From: Scyliorhinus canicula
Lineage: Eukaryota
Assembly: GCF_902713615.1 (NCBI RefSeq)
Contig: NC_052172.1
Coordinates: forward strand, 13,735,327-13,799,326
DNA length: 64,000 bases
Reading direction: 5' to 3'
The stretch's first letter is position 1. Every line of letters begins with the position of its first letter. The position numbers were made by a program, and so were the translations under genes. The notes under the pieces were generated by a model. That model saw only the letters and a program-made list of their open reading frames with translations. It searched no databases and had not been told where the DNA came from. This document shows, in pieces, positions 23,732 to 35,600 of this stretch.

Positions 23732-25269
23732 CTGGCGTCTGAGGCAAAACGTACTTTCTGCTGCCTGGGCACTGCCAGTACCCTGGCACTCGCCCGTTGA
23801 TTGTCGGAGCTGCTGGTGCAATGACGCTCCCAGTTCTGGGACAAGCAATCCCGAAACTGCCACCCATCACTGGTGGAAGAAAATAAACTTCTTTATTTAT
23901 TAATAGTTTGAAACTAAATCCCTCGGTGGAGCCCGAACCTCAAATCACTTCTAATTTATGTAACTGTACAGTCTAAATGTAACCCAGCGAGCAATGTGGG
24001 GAGCTTTATCAGTGTCTTACTCCAGATAGATTATTATATATTGTGTACATAGACAAAGAAACTAATTAAGGGCAGAGCAATCAGTGTAATTCTCATCACA
24101 GTATTGGGTACGAGCAAAGAGCAATATAAATCCCACAAGTGTCAGAGGTAGCATTTGGTCAAGAACCAGGCCCAATTTTTTGGAATTGTTCATCTCCAAA
24201 CTGGAAGAGGAATTTGAGGCCTTGGTGGAACAATATATCTGCTGCTGTTTGCAGAGTGGGCAAGTGGAGGGTTGCCATTGTTTTAATTTGCACTTAATTG
24301 AGTTGTTCTACCGAAAACTGAGCTACGGTGCACTACACTTGGTGGTATTAGCTCTGGCCATAAATATTGTCTATGCTGTGATTTGCAAATGATAACAAAT
24401 GACTGGTTTCCCCTTTATTAAAATATTTAAAATATGTTTCTAACACGGTGGGGGTTGCTTTTCTTGACTTGTTCTATCCTGGCCAAGGGGGGGGGGGGGG
24501 GGAAGCAAGGTTTGAACGTCCGTGAGCTGTAGGAGGCGGTGCACCCTGGAGACAGCGCCACGGTGAGGAGAAAATCTCTTCGCTCGATTAGGCTGTGACT
24601 CTTCGAGATTCTCTACTCCAGACGGCGGTGGATGCTCCTTCGGCAAGGCTGAGATCGCTTGATTTTGGGGGCTGAAGGACTCAAGAGATGGGGCAATGAT
24701 GTGGGAAGAGGAGTTTGAGGCAGAAATTGAGCCACAATCTTATTAAATGGCAGAGGAGGTTTCAGGGGGCCAAATGGTGCCCTCTTACATCTTAATGCCT
24801 CCATTTTAAATGCCTGGCCACCTTATTTATCTGACCCTCTTAGCCTGCAGGGGGTGCCACCAGCCGCATTTTGCCGACTCTACCAATCCATGGGCAATTT
24901 CTACTCCGCCATCTGTCAATTGGTATCCCTGAAAAATGGCTGGAAGGTGACACCTCCCCACATTTTAAGTGGGATTAAAATGCTCCCATTGGTTTGAGGC
25001 CAACATTTCCAGAACCGCCTGTTGATCCCAGCAGATCTAGGTCACGTGTAAACAGACTCCAGGCCCATGAAGCTGCGCATTCACTCTTCGTTCGTGTCCC
25101 CCTGACAACTGGGCAACATGCCCATTGTAGTGTGAATGGATTTGGCCCAATGATGCCCACTTGTGGTTTGAATTTGTATCTGCGCCTACACAGATTCAGT
25201 TCTGTGGTGGTTCGCTGCTCAGTTTGAAACGTGTTACCAATATTGCAATGCTCTTTGACCTCAGCCTTA

Positions 25270-27170
25270 AGATAGAGAAATACAGCACAGAACAGGCCCT
25301 TCGGCCCACGATGTTGTGCCGAACTTTTGCCCTAGGTTAATCATAGAATTTTGGACACTAAGGGCAATTTTTCATGGCCAATCCACCCAACCTCCACATA
25401 TTTGGACTGTGGGAGGAAACCGGAGCACCCGGAGGAAACCCACGCAGACACGGGGAGGATGTGCAGACTCCACACAGACAGTGACCCAAGTCGAAATCGA
25501 ACTTGGGACCCTGGAGCTGTGAAGCAATTGTGCTACCCACAATGCTACCGTGCTGCCCTTAAGAATAAGTTAATCTACACTCCATTATTCTACCCTAATC
25601 CATGTACCAATCCATGTACCTATCCAATAGCCGCTTGATGGTCCCTAACGTTTCTGACTCAACTACTTCCACAGGCAGTGCATTTCATGCCCCCACTACT
25701 CTCTGGATAAAGAACCTACCTCTGACATCCCCTTTATATCTTCCACCATTTATCTTAAATTTATGTCCCCTTGTAATGGTGTGTTCCACCCGGGGAAAAA
25801 GTCTCTGACTGTCTATCTATTCCCCGATCATCTTATAAACCTCTATCAAGTTGCCCCCTCATCCTTTTCCGTTCTAATGAGAAAAGGCTTAGCACCCTCA
25901 ACCTTTCCTCGTATGACCTACTCTCCATTCCAGGCAACATCCTGGTAAATCTCCTTTGCACCTTTTCCAAAGCTTCCACATCCTTCCTAAAATGAGGCAA
26001 CCAACTGAACACAGTACTCCAAATGTGGCCTGACCAAGGTTTTGTACAGCTGCATCATCACCTCACGGCTCTTAAATTCAATCCCTCTGCTAATGAACGC
26101 TAGCACACCATAGGCCTTCTTCACAGCTCTATCCACTTGAGTGGCAACTTTCAAAGATCTCTCTGCTCCTCCACATTGCCAAGATCCCTACCGTTAACCC
26201 TGTATTCCGCATTCATATTTGTCCTTCCAAAATGGACAACCTCACACTTGTCAGGGTTAAACTCCATCTGCCACTTCTCAGCCCAGCTCTGCATCCTATC
26301 TATGTCTCTTTGAAGCCGACAACAGCCCTCCTCACTATCCACAACTCCACCAATCTTCGTATCATCTGCAAATTTACTGACCCACCCTTCAACTCCCTCA
26401 TCCAAGTCGTTAATGAAAATCACAAATAGCAGAGGACCCAGAACTGATCCCTGCGGTACGCCACTGATAACTGGGCTCCAGGCTGAATATTTGCCATCCA
26501 CCACCACTCTCTGTCTTCTATCGGTTAGCCAGTTTGTTATCCAACTGGCCAAATTTTCCACTATCCCATGCCTCCTTACTTTCTGCACAAGCCTACAATG
26601 GGGAACCTTATCAAATGCCTTACTAAAATCCATGTACACTACATCCACTGCTTTACCTTCATCCACATGCTTGGTCACCGCCTCAAAGAAGTGAATAAGA
26701 CTTGTAAGGCAAGACCTACCCCTCACAAATCTGTGCTGACTATCCCTAATCAAGCAGTGTCTTTCCAGATGCTCAGAAATCCTATCCCTCAGTACCCTTT
26801 CCATTACTTTGCCTACCACCGAAGTAAGACTAACTGACCTGTAATTCCCAGGGTTATCCCTATTCCCTTTTTTGAACAGGGGCACGACATTCGCCACTCT
26901 CCAATCCTCTGGTACCACCCCTGTTGACAGCGAGGATGAAAAGATCATTGTCAACGGCTCTGCAATTTCATTTCTTGCTTCCCATATAATCCTTGGATAT
27001 ATCCCGTCAGGCCCGGGGGACTTGTCTATCCTCAAGTTTTTCAAAACGCGCAACACATCTTCCTTCCTGACAAGTATCTCCTCGAGCTTATCAGTCTGTT
27101 TCACACTGTCCTCTCCAACAATATGGCCCCTCTCGTTTGTAAATACTGAAGAAATATACTTGTTCAAGAC
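25270..27170 (-). mobile_element. CR1-type LINE, 5'-truncated, with a 338-aa open RT segment (26151-27167) and a SINE inserted in its 3' end (~25345-25560)
   Basis: KSPGPDGIYPR, YMDFSKAFDKVPH, GVPQGSVLGPLLF and FADDTK motifs. The frame is broken below 26151. Confidence 0.93.
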
Positions 27171-27929
27171 CTCTCTTCCTTCAAGATCCTTAAGTGGAAG
27201 GATTACAGGTTATCCCCCCTCCAGACACCAATTTTGACCACGTCAGTCCAGTTCTTAGCTGGAAGGACCAACAACAAAAAATGTTCCTGTTTACTTACTC
27301 AAGAAGCTCACAGAATAGGCTTTGCTTGTGATAAGGGTAGGGGGCGGTATGAGGCTTTGGGAGAGTCTGCGAGGAGACAGACTGAGAACAGTGAGGGGCG
27401 AAGAAGACTAGGACTTAAAGGAGTGTTTTAACAATAAGGTGGGACTGAAGGGAGACGGGCTGAGAAGAGAAAGGGGGAATCCAGGTCACCAGAGCATTAC
27501 TCTGGGTTACTAGACCAGAGACAATACCATTACACCACTGCCTCCCCCAGGTAGAAGTCTCTGTGACTCAGGGAAATGTCTGAAAAATAAATTTTGAATT
27601 TGTGATGGTGATGCCAGACAAATGGTGATCCCTGTGGAATTACAGTTACACGCTTTAATTATTCCACAGTTAAATCAAGTGTTTAATTAATCAGATCTGG
27701 AGAGATAAAATTAACTAAATAATTACTAACCATGGGAATGAGTACCGAGGCTGTGGAATGGATCACCAGAATGCTAACCATGGCATCTTGGAGGAGGAAA
27801 CAACCAAAAAGAACAATAAACCCAAATTTTAAAACCTGGTCGAAGGAACAAACAATCTTAACTTAAAAATGTCAGTATGGATTTCAAAACGGAGCCAACC
27901 TTATTGCATTCTCTGAACATGTAAAAGAA

Positions 27930-28262
27930 CAGCAGCACAGTAGCATAGTGGTTAGCATCAATGCTTCACAGCTCCAGGGTCCCAGGTTCGATTCCCGGCT
28001 GGGTCACTGTGTGTGGAGTCTGCACGTCCTCCCCGTGTGTGCGTGGGTTTCCTCCGGGTGCTCCGGTTTCCTCCCACAGTCCAAAGATGTGCGGGTTAGG
28101 TGGATTGGCCATGATAAATTGCCCGTAGTGTCCTAATAAAAGTAAGGTTAAGGGGGAGTTGTTGGGTTACGGGTATAGGGTGGATACGTGAGTTTGAGTA
28201 GGGTGATCATTGCTCAGCACAACGCCGAAGGGCCTGTTCTGGGCTGTACTGTTCTAAATTCT
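27930..28262 (+). mobile_element. V-SINE (HE1-like), near full length
   Basis: Nearly the same sequence as the copy at 2085-2410. Confidence 0.88.
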
Positions 28263-28267
28263 AAACA

Positions 28268-28485
28268 GTAAGAAGTCTAACAACACCAGGTTAAGGTCCG
28301 ACAGGTTTGTTTCAAATCGCTAGCTTTCGGAGCACTGCTCCTTAGATGAATGAAGAGGTAGGTTCCAGAAACATATATATAGACACAGTCAAAGATGCCA
28401 GACAATGCTTTGAATGCGAGCATTTGCAGATAATTAAGTCTTTACAGATCCAGAGATAGGGGTAACCCCAGGTTAAAGAGGTGTG
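28268..28485 (-). mobile_element. Penelope-like element terminal fragment
   Basis: The minus strand reads aaggagcagtgctccgaaagctagcgatttgaaacaaacctg..., a hairpin plus GAAA remnant of a hammerhead-like motif typical of Penelope pseudo-LTRs. The CUGANGA box is damaged. Confidence 0.55.
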
Positions 28486-28847
28486 GGTAAAAGAAAGCAT
28501 AGCTAATGGCGGGTGCAATTTAGTTTGATTTTCTAAAGGGCCTTTGATTAGGTAGCCTACTGCCAAAGGTCAGAACATGTGGAAACAGGAGACAGGGAGC
28601 AGAATGGATAGAACGCTGGCTACAATCCAGAGAATGGAGGAGTTAATGCTCTGTCCTCATAGAGGGGCAAAAACGTGTGAAGTGGTTTTCCACCAGCATC
28701 ACACTGTTGTTCGATATTTACGTGAATAGTTGGAATTGAAAATAAGATAAATTCGCCAACCAAATTGGCGGACGTCGTGAATGCGGTGAAACAATAAACT
28801 CTGCGACCTGAATAAATTCACACAACGGGTTTGTAATTGGCAACTGG

Positions 28848-29075
28848 AGGGCAACACGGTGGCATGGTGGTTAGCACTGCTGCCTCACGGCACCAAGGTC
28901 CATGGTTCGATCCCGGATCTGGGTCACTGTCCGTGTGGAGTTTGCACATTCTCCCCGTGTTTGCGTGGGTTTCGCTCTCACAACCCAAAGATGTGCAGGG
29001 TAGGTGGATTGGCCACGCTAAGTTGCCCCTTAATTGGATAAAATGAATTGTGTACTCTAAATTTATTTTTTAAAA
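28848..29075 (+). mobile_element. SINE (short V-SINE subfamily)
   Basis: tRNA-like head and tail aattgtgtactctaaattt, shared with copies at 21360, 45442 and 58633. Confidence 0.85.
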
Positions 29076-29670
29076 GTAATTGGCAACCGGACCGCAAAAT
29101 CACTATGTGCTGAGGTGCACTTTGCTACGAAGGATAAGATGCCACCTGGATGAAAATGAAGCCTGTATTTTCGCAAGAGTCCATATGCAAATCGATCTAT
29201 GTAGAAAACATAAACTTACTGTGTTGGCCATTTTGAAATGCTCTTTCAGATGTTATATAAATAAAGTATATTGTTGCAATGAAGAAATATTAAAAACGAC
29301 AGGTGAGGCCAGATTTCAGAAATCCCGTTCCCCGACACCCCTGATTGTTGCTGGAGTGCATTAAGGTTGCAGGTAGCGAGGCTGCATCTGCACATCTGGT
29401 CTCTAAGGCTGCATTATGGGGACAGGCAGCTCCTAGCCCTCTGCAATTCCCATGATGTCAAGCCAGCTTCTCCGTGACTTGTGGTTTACGGTCCCTTGGA
29501 GGAGTCGTGAGCTGTAGTCTGGATTTGGAAAGTTCTTGCAAATTAAGTTCAAGCGGTCTTAACCATGATCCCCGTGCTCCCCTCCCCCCATTCCAACTCA
29601 GTTTGAATTTGTGGACTACATTACAATTTATGAACCATCCATGCCCATTCACTCAGTATACACTGATTTA

Positions 29671-29856
29671 GCCCTGATTTAGCTCACTGGGCTAAATCGC
29701 TGGCTTTGAAAGCAGACCAAGCAGGCCAGCAGCACGGTTCGATTCCCGTATCAGCCTCCCCGGACAGGCGCCGGAATGTGGCGACTAGGGGCTTTTCACA
29801 GTAACTTCATTGAAGCCTACTCGTGACAATAAGCGATTTTCATTTTTTTCATTTCA
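29671..29856 (+). mobile_element. Short tRNA-derived SINE of a second family (other copies at 22341-22512 +, 56488-56672 +, 15760-15930 -, 51050-51150 -)
   Basis: Shared sequence ggcgccggaatgtggcgactaggggcttttcacagtaacttcattgaagcctactcgtgacaataagcgattttcatt. Confidence 0.8.
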
Positions 29857-31016
29857 TACACTGCAAAACCAATGAGCCATATCGTAACAATAGCTTGGAT
29901 GAAACTGCTCAAAAAGCCATTCACAAATTGGGAAAAAATGCTACAACCCGATATAAATGTCAATCAGACAGACCACTCGAGTATCAATAGCATAGACTTT
30001 CAAACACGTCTCACCTCTGGTCCTGTCCAAATAAGCACTGACACCTTGACAAAAGTGATCACAGAAAGAACCTCTCATAACCACTTAAAAATGTCAAGCA
30101 AGTAGAGTCAAGTGTTGCCCCCTGTTGTCAAAACAGAACCCCCGACTGAGATCATCCTTTTCAGACTCTGGGCTCTAAGTCAAGCCTCATCATGTTTGGT
30201 ACTCAGCATACAATAATGGAATAAATGTGTAAGTGGTGTTAATACTACATGTTGATCTAGAAACCTCACCAGTATAACATTTCAAATACCCGTATGCATA
30301 TCCTATCATATTGATGTGGTGCATCCTGTGTGGCTACAACACAGGTAGCCGCAAGCTAGTCAGATCCCTGCACTAACTGCGGAGAGGCTTTTGACCTGTG
30401 ATCTCAGGGATTAGGAGACCGATGGCTCCACTAAAGACTGCTACAATTAACGATGAGGATTCCTAAGGGAGTCTAACTTCCATGAACCCTCTTATGAGTA
30501 ACATCACTCCTATTATGCTGGAAGCAGCTTCCTGAAGATAGGTGATACACTGTGAGCCCATGGATAAGGCACATATTTCAGTCAGCAGCCATTTCATGCT
30601 CAGCTGTGGATTTGCCCTGCTCGATGGAGTTGGCTACTCCATGACATTCTCACAATTAAGTATGAAAATAATGTGCCCTCTTTTCGAGCTCCACTATTGT
30701 GGAGGGTGTACGTGACATGTCCTTCAATGCCTTACAAAGTCAGTGCTGTCAAAGCCACTACCTCTCCTTCTCGACATTGGCCTCCTGGCTTCGGCCTCTG
30801 TCTTCAGCTGAGCAGAAACAAGATAGGCTTGCGCTCCCTGAAGTGGACTCTCCACAGATGCTCCTCCCACCAGAGCTCCGACTGGACCGATTGAGGCACA
30901 AGTATGTGTGCTGGCTGGACGGTTGTACATCATATGTATTCACAGAAGGAAGGCATTCTGAGGAATTGTCCTCTTTATCTCCACAGATTGATACATGGAG
31001 AGACGAGGACAGACAT

Positions 31017-32423
31017 TGTGCTAGGTTCCTTTTGATTTCCCTTTGTTCCCATTTCTTTTGTTTTATTATTTTTGATCTATGGACCCATAATTGGAATATG
31101 AATCACATAAATAATTGGAAGCAGTGCTTTCGAGATGAAGCAGCCTGCTAGTCAGGACAGTGTGTTCCAGGATTTGTTTTTTTTTGGAGGAGAATATAGA
31201 TTCATCGGCGCCGGGTGAATCTTAAGAACCAGATTTGGAGGAAGTTGATTCGATTGGCTGGCTGGTAGCCTGTGGGCTGGCCAGGGACAGTGTTCTGGCT
31301 GACAACAGTCAGTCATCGATTCCTCTGGGATGCTTCTGAAAAGGGCTGGGCAGAAGGGATTAGACCTTGAATCATAGAATTTACAGTGCAGAAGGTGGCC
31401 ATTCGGCCCATCGAGTCTGCACCGGCTCTTGGAAAGAGCACCCTACCCAAGGTCAACACCTCCACCCTATCCCCATAACCCAGTAACCCCACCCAACACT
31501 AAGGGCATTTTGGACACTAAGGGCAATTTATCATGGCCAATCCACCTAACCTGCACATCTTTGGACTGTGGGAGGAAACCGGAGCACCCGGAGGAAACCC
31601 ACGCACACACGGGGAGGATGTGCAGACTCCGCACAGACAGTGACCCAAGCCGGGAATCGAACCTGGGACCCTGGAGCTGTGAAGCAATTGTGCGAACCAC
31701 AATGCTACCGTGCTGCCCATGAAGGGAGTAGGAACTCTCACTGCTGGTAAATAACTGCTTTACTGTTCTAAAATCAGCAAGTGCCTGGCACATCTTTATA
31801 GTTGAAATGATCCTGAATCTACAAAGCACTCTTTTCCCTTGGTTTCTGTGGCTATGACTCATCTTTCATTCCCTCACCCTATAGTATAAATATCTCCCAC
31901 TTTATGTCTTTTAGCTCTGATAAAGGGTTATCTGAACTCGAAACGTTAGCTCTTTTCTCTCCTTACAAATGCTGCCAGACCTGCTGAGATTTTCCAGCAT
32001 TTTCTCTTTTGGTTGGAAGTAGGTAGACTTGCCAGAGAAAACCCTGTAAAGCTTAGAAGCATTAAATTGAAAGCTTGAACTCCTGAAAGACTTTAATTCC
32101 TATTGGAATTTTATTTTATCATCATTTTTTCTTCCCTCTCCACCCCTCTTTCCACCTATATTGTCTGTGTGGAAAGGGGAGAGGAGGGGTGAGGGGTGAG
32201 GGGTATTAGGTAGTCAGTTACATCTTTTCAGTTAATTATATCACGGTTAAATAATAAAAAGGTTATTTATGCAAAGGTTCCAAACCTGGTGACTGCAGTT
32301 TATTGGGGCCCAGCCAAGGCCTGCGGGTATTTTAAAATAACACCCAATTTCACTTGTGTTGCGACTCTGGGTCAAGTGGGGTTGGAATTGACCGTGCCAC
32401 CACCGGCCCAGGGGGTCGTGACA
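31017..32423 (+). mobile_element. LTR-like element interrupted by a SINE (~31370-31720, -) and a Penelope-like fragment (~31780-32012)
   Basis: Colinear similarity with 48350-49056 (tcttaagaaccag.tttggagg; ggccagggacagtgttctg; taataaaa; actctgggtcaagt; ends in gtgaca). Contains AATAAA and ends in CA. The left boundary is approximate. Confidence 0.62.
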
Positions 32424-32639
32424 ATGGAAAGTGAAAATAGGTGCTGTTGAAACTTGAGCAGGAATGTGATGTGATGGAATAAGCTTGGCAACGCACCGTG
32501 AGGAATGGGGGAGACCAGCTGTTCACCCCAGGGATTCGTCAATCAGCAAATGTACTCATTTACTCTGACCTGGTTAGATTGTGAAACCACGTTCAACGCA
32601 TTTGAGGCACAATGTTGCTCGGATCCTCAATGACCGTCA

Positions 32640-35600
32640 TTTCCCTACCCCCTTCTCCTCACTTCCCCCTACCCCTCCCCTCACTTCCTCCTCCCCCTCC
32701 CCTCACTTCCCCCTCCGCCTCCCCTCAATTCCCCCTCCCCTCACATCCCCCTCCCCTCACTTATCCCTCCCCTCACTTATCCCTCCCCTCACTTATCCCT
32801 CCCCTCACTTATCCCTCCCCTCACTTATCCCTCCCCCTCCCCTCACTTCCCCCTCCCCTCCCCTCCCCTCACTTCCCCCTCCCCTCCCCTCCCCTCCCCT
32901 CACTGTCCCCTCCCCTCACTTCCCCCTCCCCTCACTTCCTCCTCCCCTCCCCTCACTGTCCCCTCCCCTCACTGTCCCCCTCCCCTCCCCTCACTTCCCC
33001 CTCCCCTCACTTCCTCCTCCCCTGCCCTCACTTCCCCTCCCCTCACTTCCCCCTCCCCTCCCCTCACTTCCCCCTCCCCTGCCCTCACTTCCCCCTGCCC
33101 TCCCCTCACTTCCCCCTCCCCTCACTTCCCCCTCCCCTCACTTCCCCCTCCCTCACTTCCCCCATTCCCCTCCCCCCCTCCCTTCCCCCATTCCCCTCCC
33201 CTCACTTCCCCCTCCCCTGCCCTCACTTCCCCCTGCCCTCCCCTCACTTCCCCCTCCCCTCCCTTCCCCCTCCCCTCCCTTCCCCTCCCTTCCCCCATTC
33301 CCCTCCCCCCCTCCCTTCCCCCATTCCCCTCCCCCCCTCCCTTCCCCCATTCCCCTCCCCCCCCCCCCTTCCCCCATTCCCCTCCCCCCCTCCCTTCCCC
33401 TCCCCCCCCCCCTTCCCCTCCCCCCCTCCCTTCCCCCATTCCCCTCCCCCCCTTCCCCCATTCCCCTCCCCCCCTTCCCCCATTCCCCTCCCCCCCTTCC
33501 CCCATTCCCCTCCCCCCCTTCCCCCATTCCCCTCCCCCCCTCCCCTTCCCCTCCCCCCTCCCCTTCCCCTCCCCCCCTCCCCTTCCCCTCCCCTTCCCCT
33601 TCCTCCCCCTTCCCCACCCTCCCCTTCCTCCCCCTTCCCCACCCTCCCCCTTCCCCACCCTCCCCCTTCCTCCCCCTTCCTCCCCCTCCCCCTCCCTCCC
33701 CCTTCCTCCCCCTTCCTCCCCCTCCCCCACCCTCCCCCTTCCCCACCCTCCCCCTTCCTCCCCCTTCCCCATCCTCCCCCCTCCTCCCCCTTCCCCATCC
33801 TCCCCCATCCTCCCCCTTCCCCACCCTCCCCCTTCCTCCCCCCTTCCCCACCCTCCCCCTTCCTCCCCCTTCCCCACCCTCCCCCTTCCTCCCCCTTCCC
33901 CACCCTCCCCCTTCCCCCCCCTCCCCCCCCCTCCCCCCCCTCCCCCTTCCCCCCCCTCCCCCTTCCCCCCCCTCCCCCTTCCCCCCCCTCCCCCCCCCTC
34001 CCCCCCCTCCCCCCCCTCCCCCCCTCCCCCCCCTCCCCTCCCCTCCCCCTTCCCCCCCCTCCCCCCCCTCCCCCTTCCCCCCCCCTCCCCCTTCCCCCCC
34101 CTCCCCCCCCCCCCCCCTCCCCCTTCCCCCCCCTCCCCCCCCCCCCATCCCCTTCCCCCCCCTCCCCCCCCCCCCCCCTCCCCCTTCCCCCCNNNNNNNN
34201 NNNNNNNNNNNNNNNNNNNNNNNNNNNNNNNNNNNNNNNNNNNNNNNNNNNNNNNNNNNNNNNNNNNNNNNNNNNNNNNNNNNNNNNNNNNNNNNNNNNN
34301 NNNNNNNNNNNNNNNNNNNNNNNNNNNNNNNNNNNNNNNNNNNNNNNNNNTTCCCCCCCCTCCCCCTTCCCCCCCCTCCCCCTTCCCCCTTCCCCCCCCT
34401 CCCCCTTCCCCCCCCTCCCCCTCCCCCTTCCCCCCCCTCCCCCTTCCCCCCCCTCCCCTTCCCCCCCCTCCCCCTTCCCCCCCTCCCCCTTCCCCCCCCT
34501 CCCCCTTCCCCCCCCTCCCCCTTCCCCCTTCCCCCCCCCTCCCCCTTCCCCCCCCCTTCCCCCCCCCTTCCCCCCCCCTTCCCCCCCCTCCCCCCCCCCT
34601 TCCCCCCCCTCCCCCCCCCCTTCCCCCCCTCCCCCCCCCTTCCCCCCCCTCCCCCTTCCCCCCCCCTTCCCCTTCCCCCCCCCCCTCCCCCTTCCCCCCC
34701 CCTTCCCCCCCCCCCCTCCCCCCCCCTCCCCCCCCCCCCCCCCCCTCCCTCCCCTCCCCCTTCCCCCCCCCTCCCCCTTCCCCCCCCTCCCCCTTCCCCC
34801 TTCCCCCTCCTCTTCTCCCCTCCCCCATCCCCCTCCGCCCCCTTTCCCCTCCTCGCCCCCTTTCCCCCCCCTCCGACCCCTTTCCCCCCCTCCGACCCCG
34901 CCCCCTTTCCCCCCCTCCGACCCCGCCCCCTTTCCCCCCTCCGCCCCCGCCCCCTTTCCCCCCTCCGCCCCCGCCCCCTTTCCCCCCTCCGCCCCCGCCT
35001 CCGCCCCCGCCCCCTTTCCCCCCTCCGACCCCCCGCCCCCTTTCCCCCCTCCGACCCCGCCCCCTTCCCCCCTCCGACCCCCCCCCCTCCCCCCCCCTCC
35101 GACCCCGCCCCCTTCCCCCCTCCGACCCCCCCCCTTCCCCCTCCGACCCCGCCCCCTTCCCCCCTCCCCCCCCGCCCCCTTCCCCCCCTTTGCCCCCACC
35201 CCCTTCCCCCCCTTTGCCCCCACCCCCTTCCCCCCCTTTGCCCCCACCCCCTTCCCCCCCTTTGCCCCCGCCCCCTTCCCCCCCGCCCCCTTCCCCCCTG
35301 CCCCCTCCGACCCCGCCCCCTTCCCCCTCCGACCCCGCCCCCTTCCCCCCCGACCCCCGCCCCCGCCCCTCCGACCCCGCCCCCTTCCCCCCCTCCGACC
35401 CCGCCCCCTTCCCCCCTCCGACCCCGCCCCCTTCCCCCCCTCCGACCCCGCCCCCCTTCCCCCCCTCCGACCCCGCCCCCTTCCCCCCCTCCGACCCCGC
35501 CCCCTTTCCCCCCCTCCGACCCCGCCCCCTTTCCCCCCCCTCCGACCCCGCCCCCTTTCCCCCCCTCCGACCCCCCCCCTTCCCCCCTCCGACCCCGCCC

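Noticed and set aside
26151-27167. 338-aa reverse transcriptase ORF as an active or domesticated gene
   Set aside because: It is a 5'-truncated CR1 copy with no endonuclease domain, a broken frame downstream and a SINE in its 3' end.
30673-31151. 150-aa ORF 30699-31151 and overlapping antisense ORFs as a possible gene
   Set aside because: No recognisable homology or consistent splice partners, and the 3' part runs into an LTR-like repeat.
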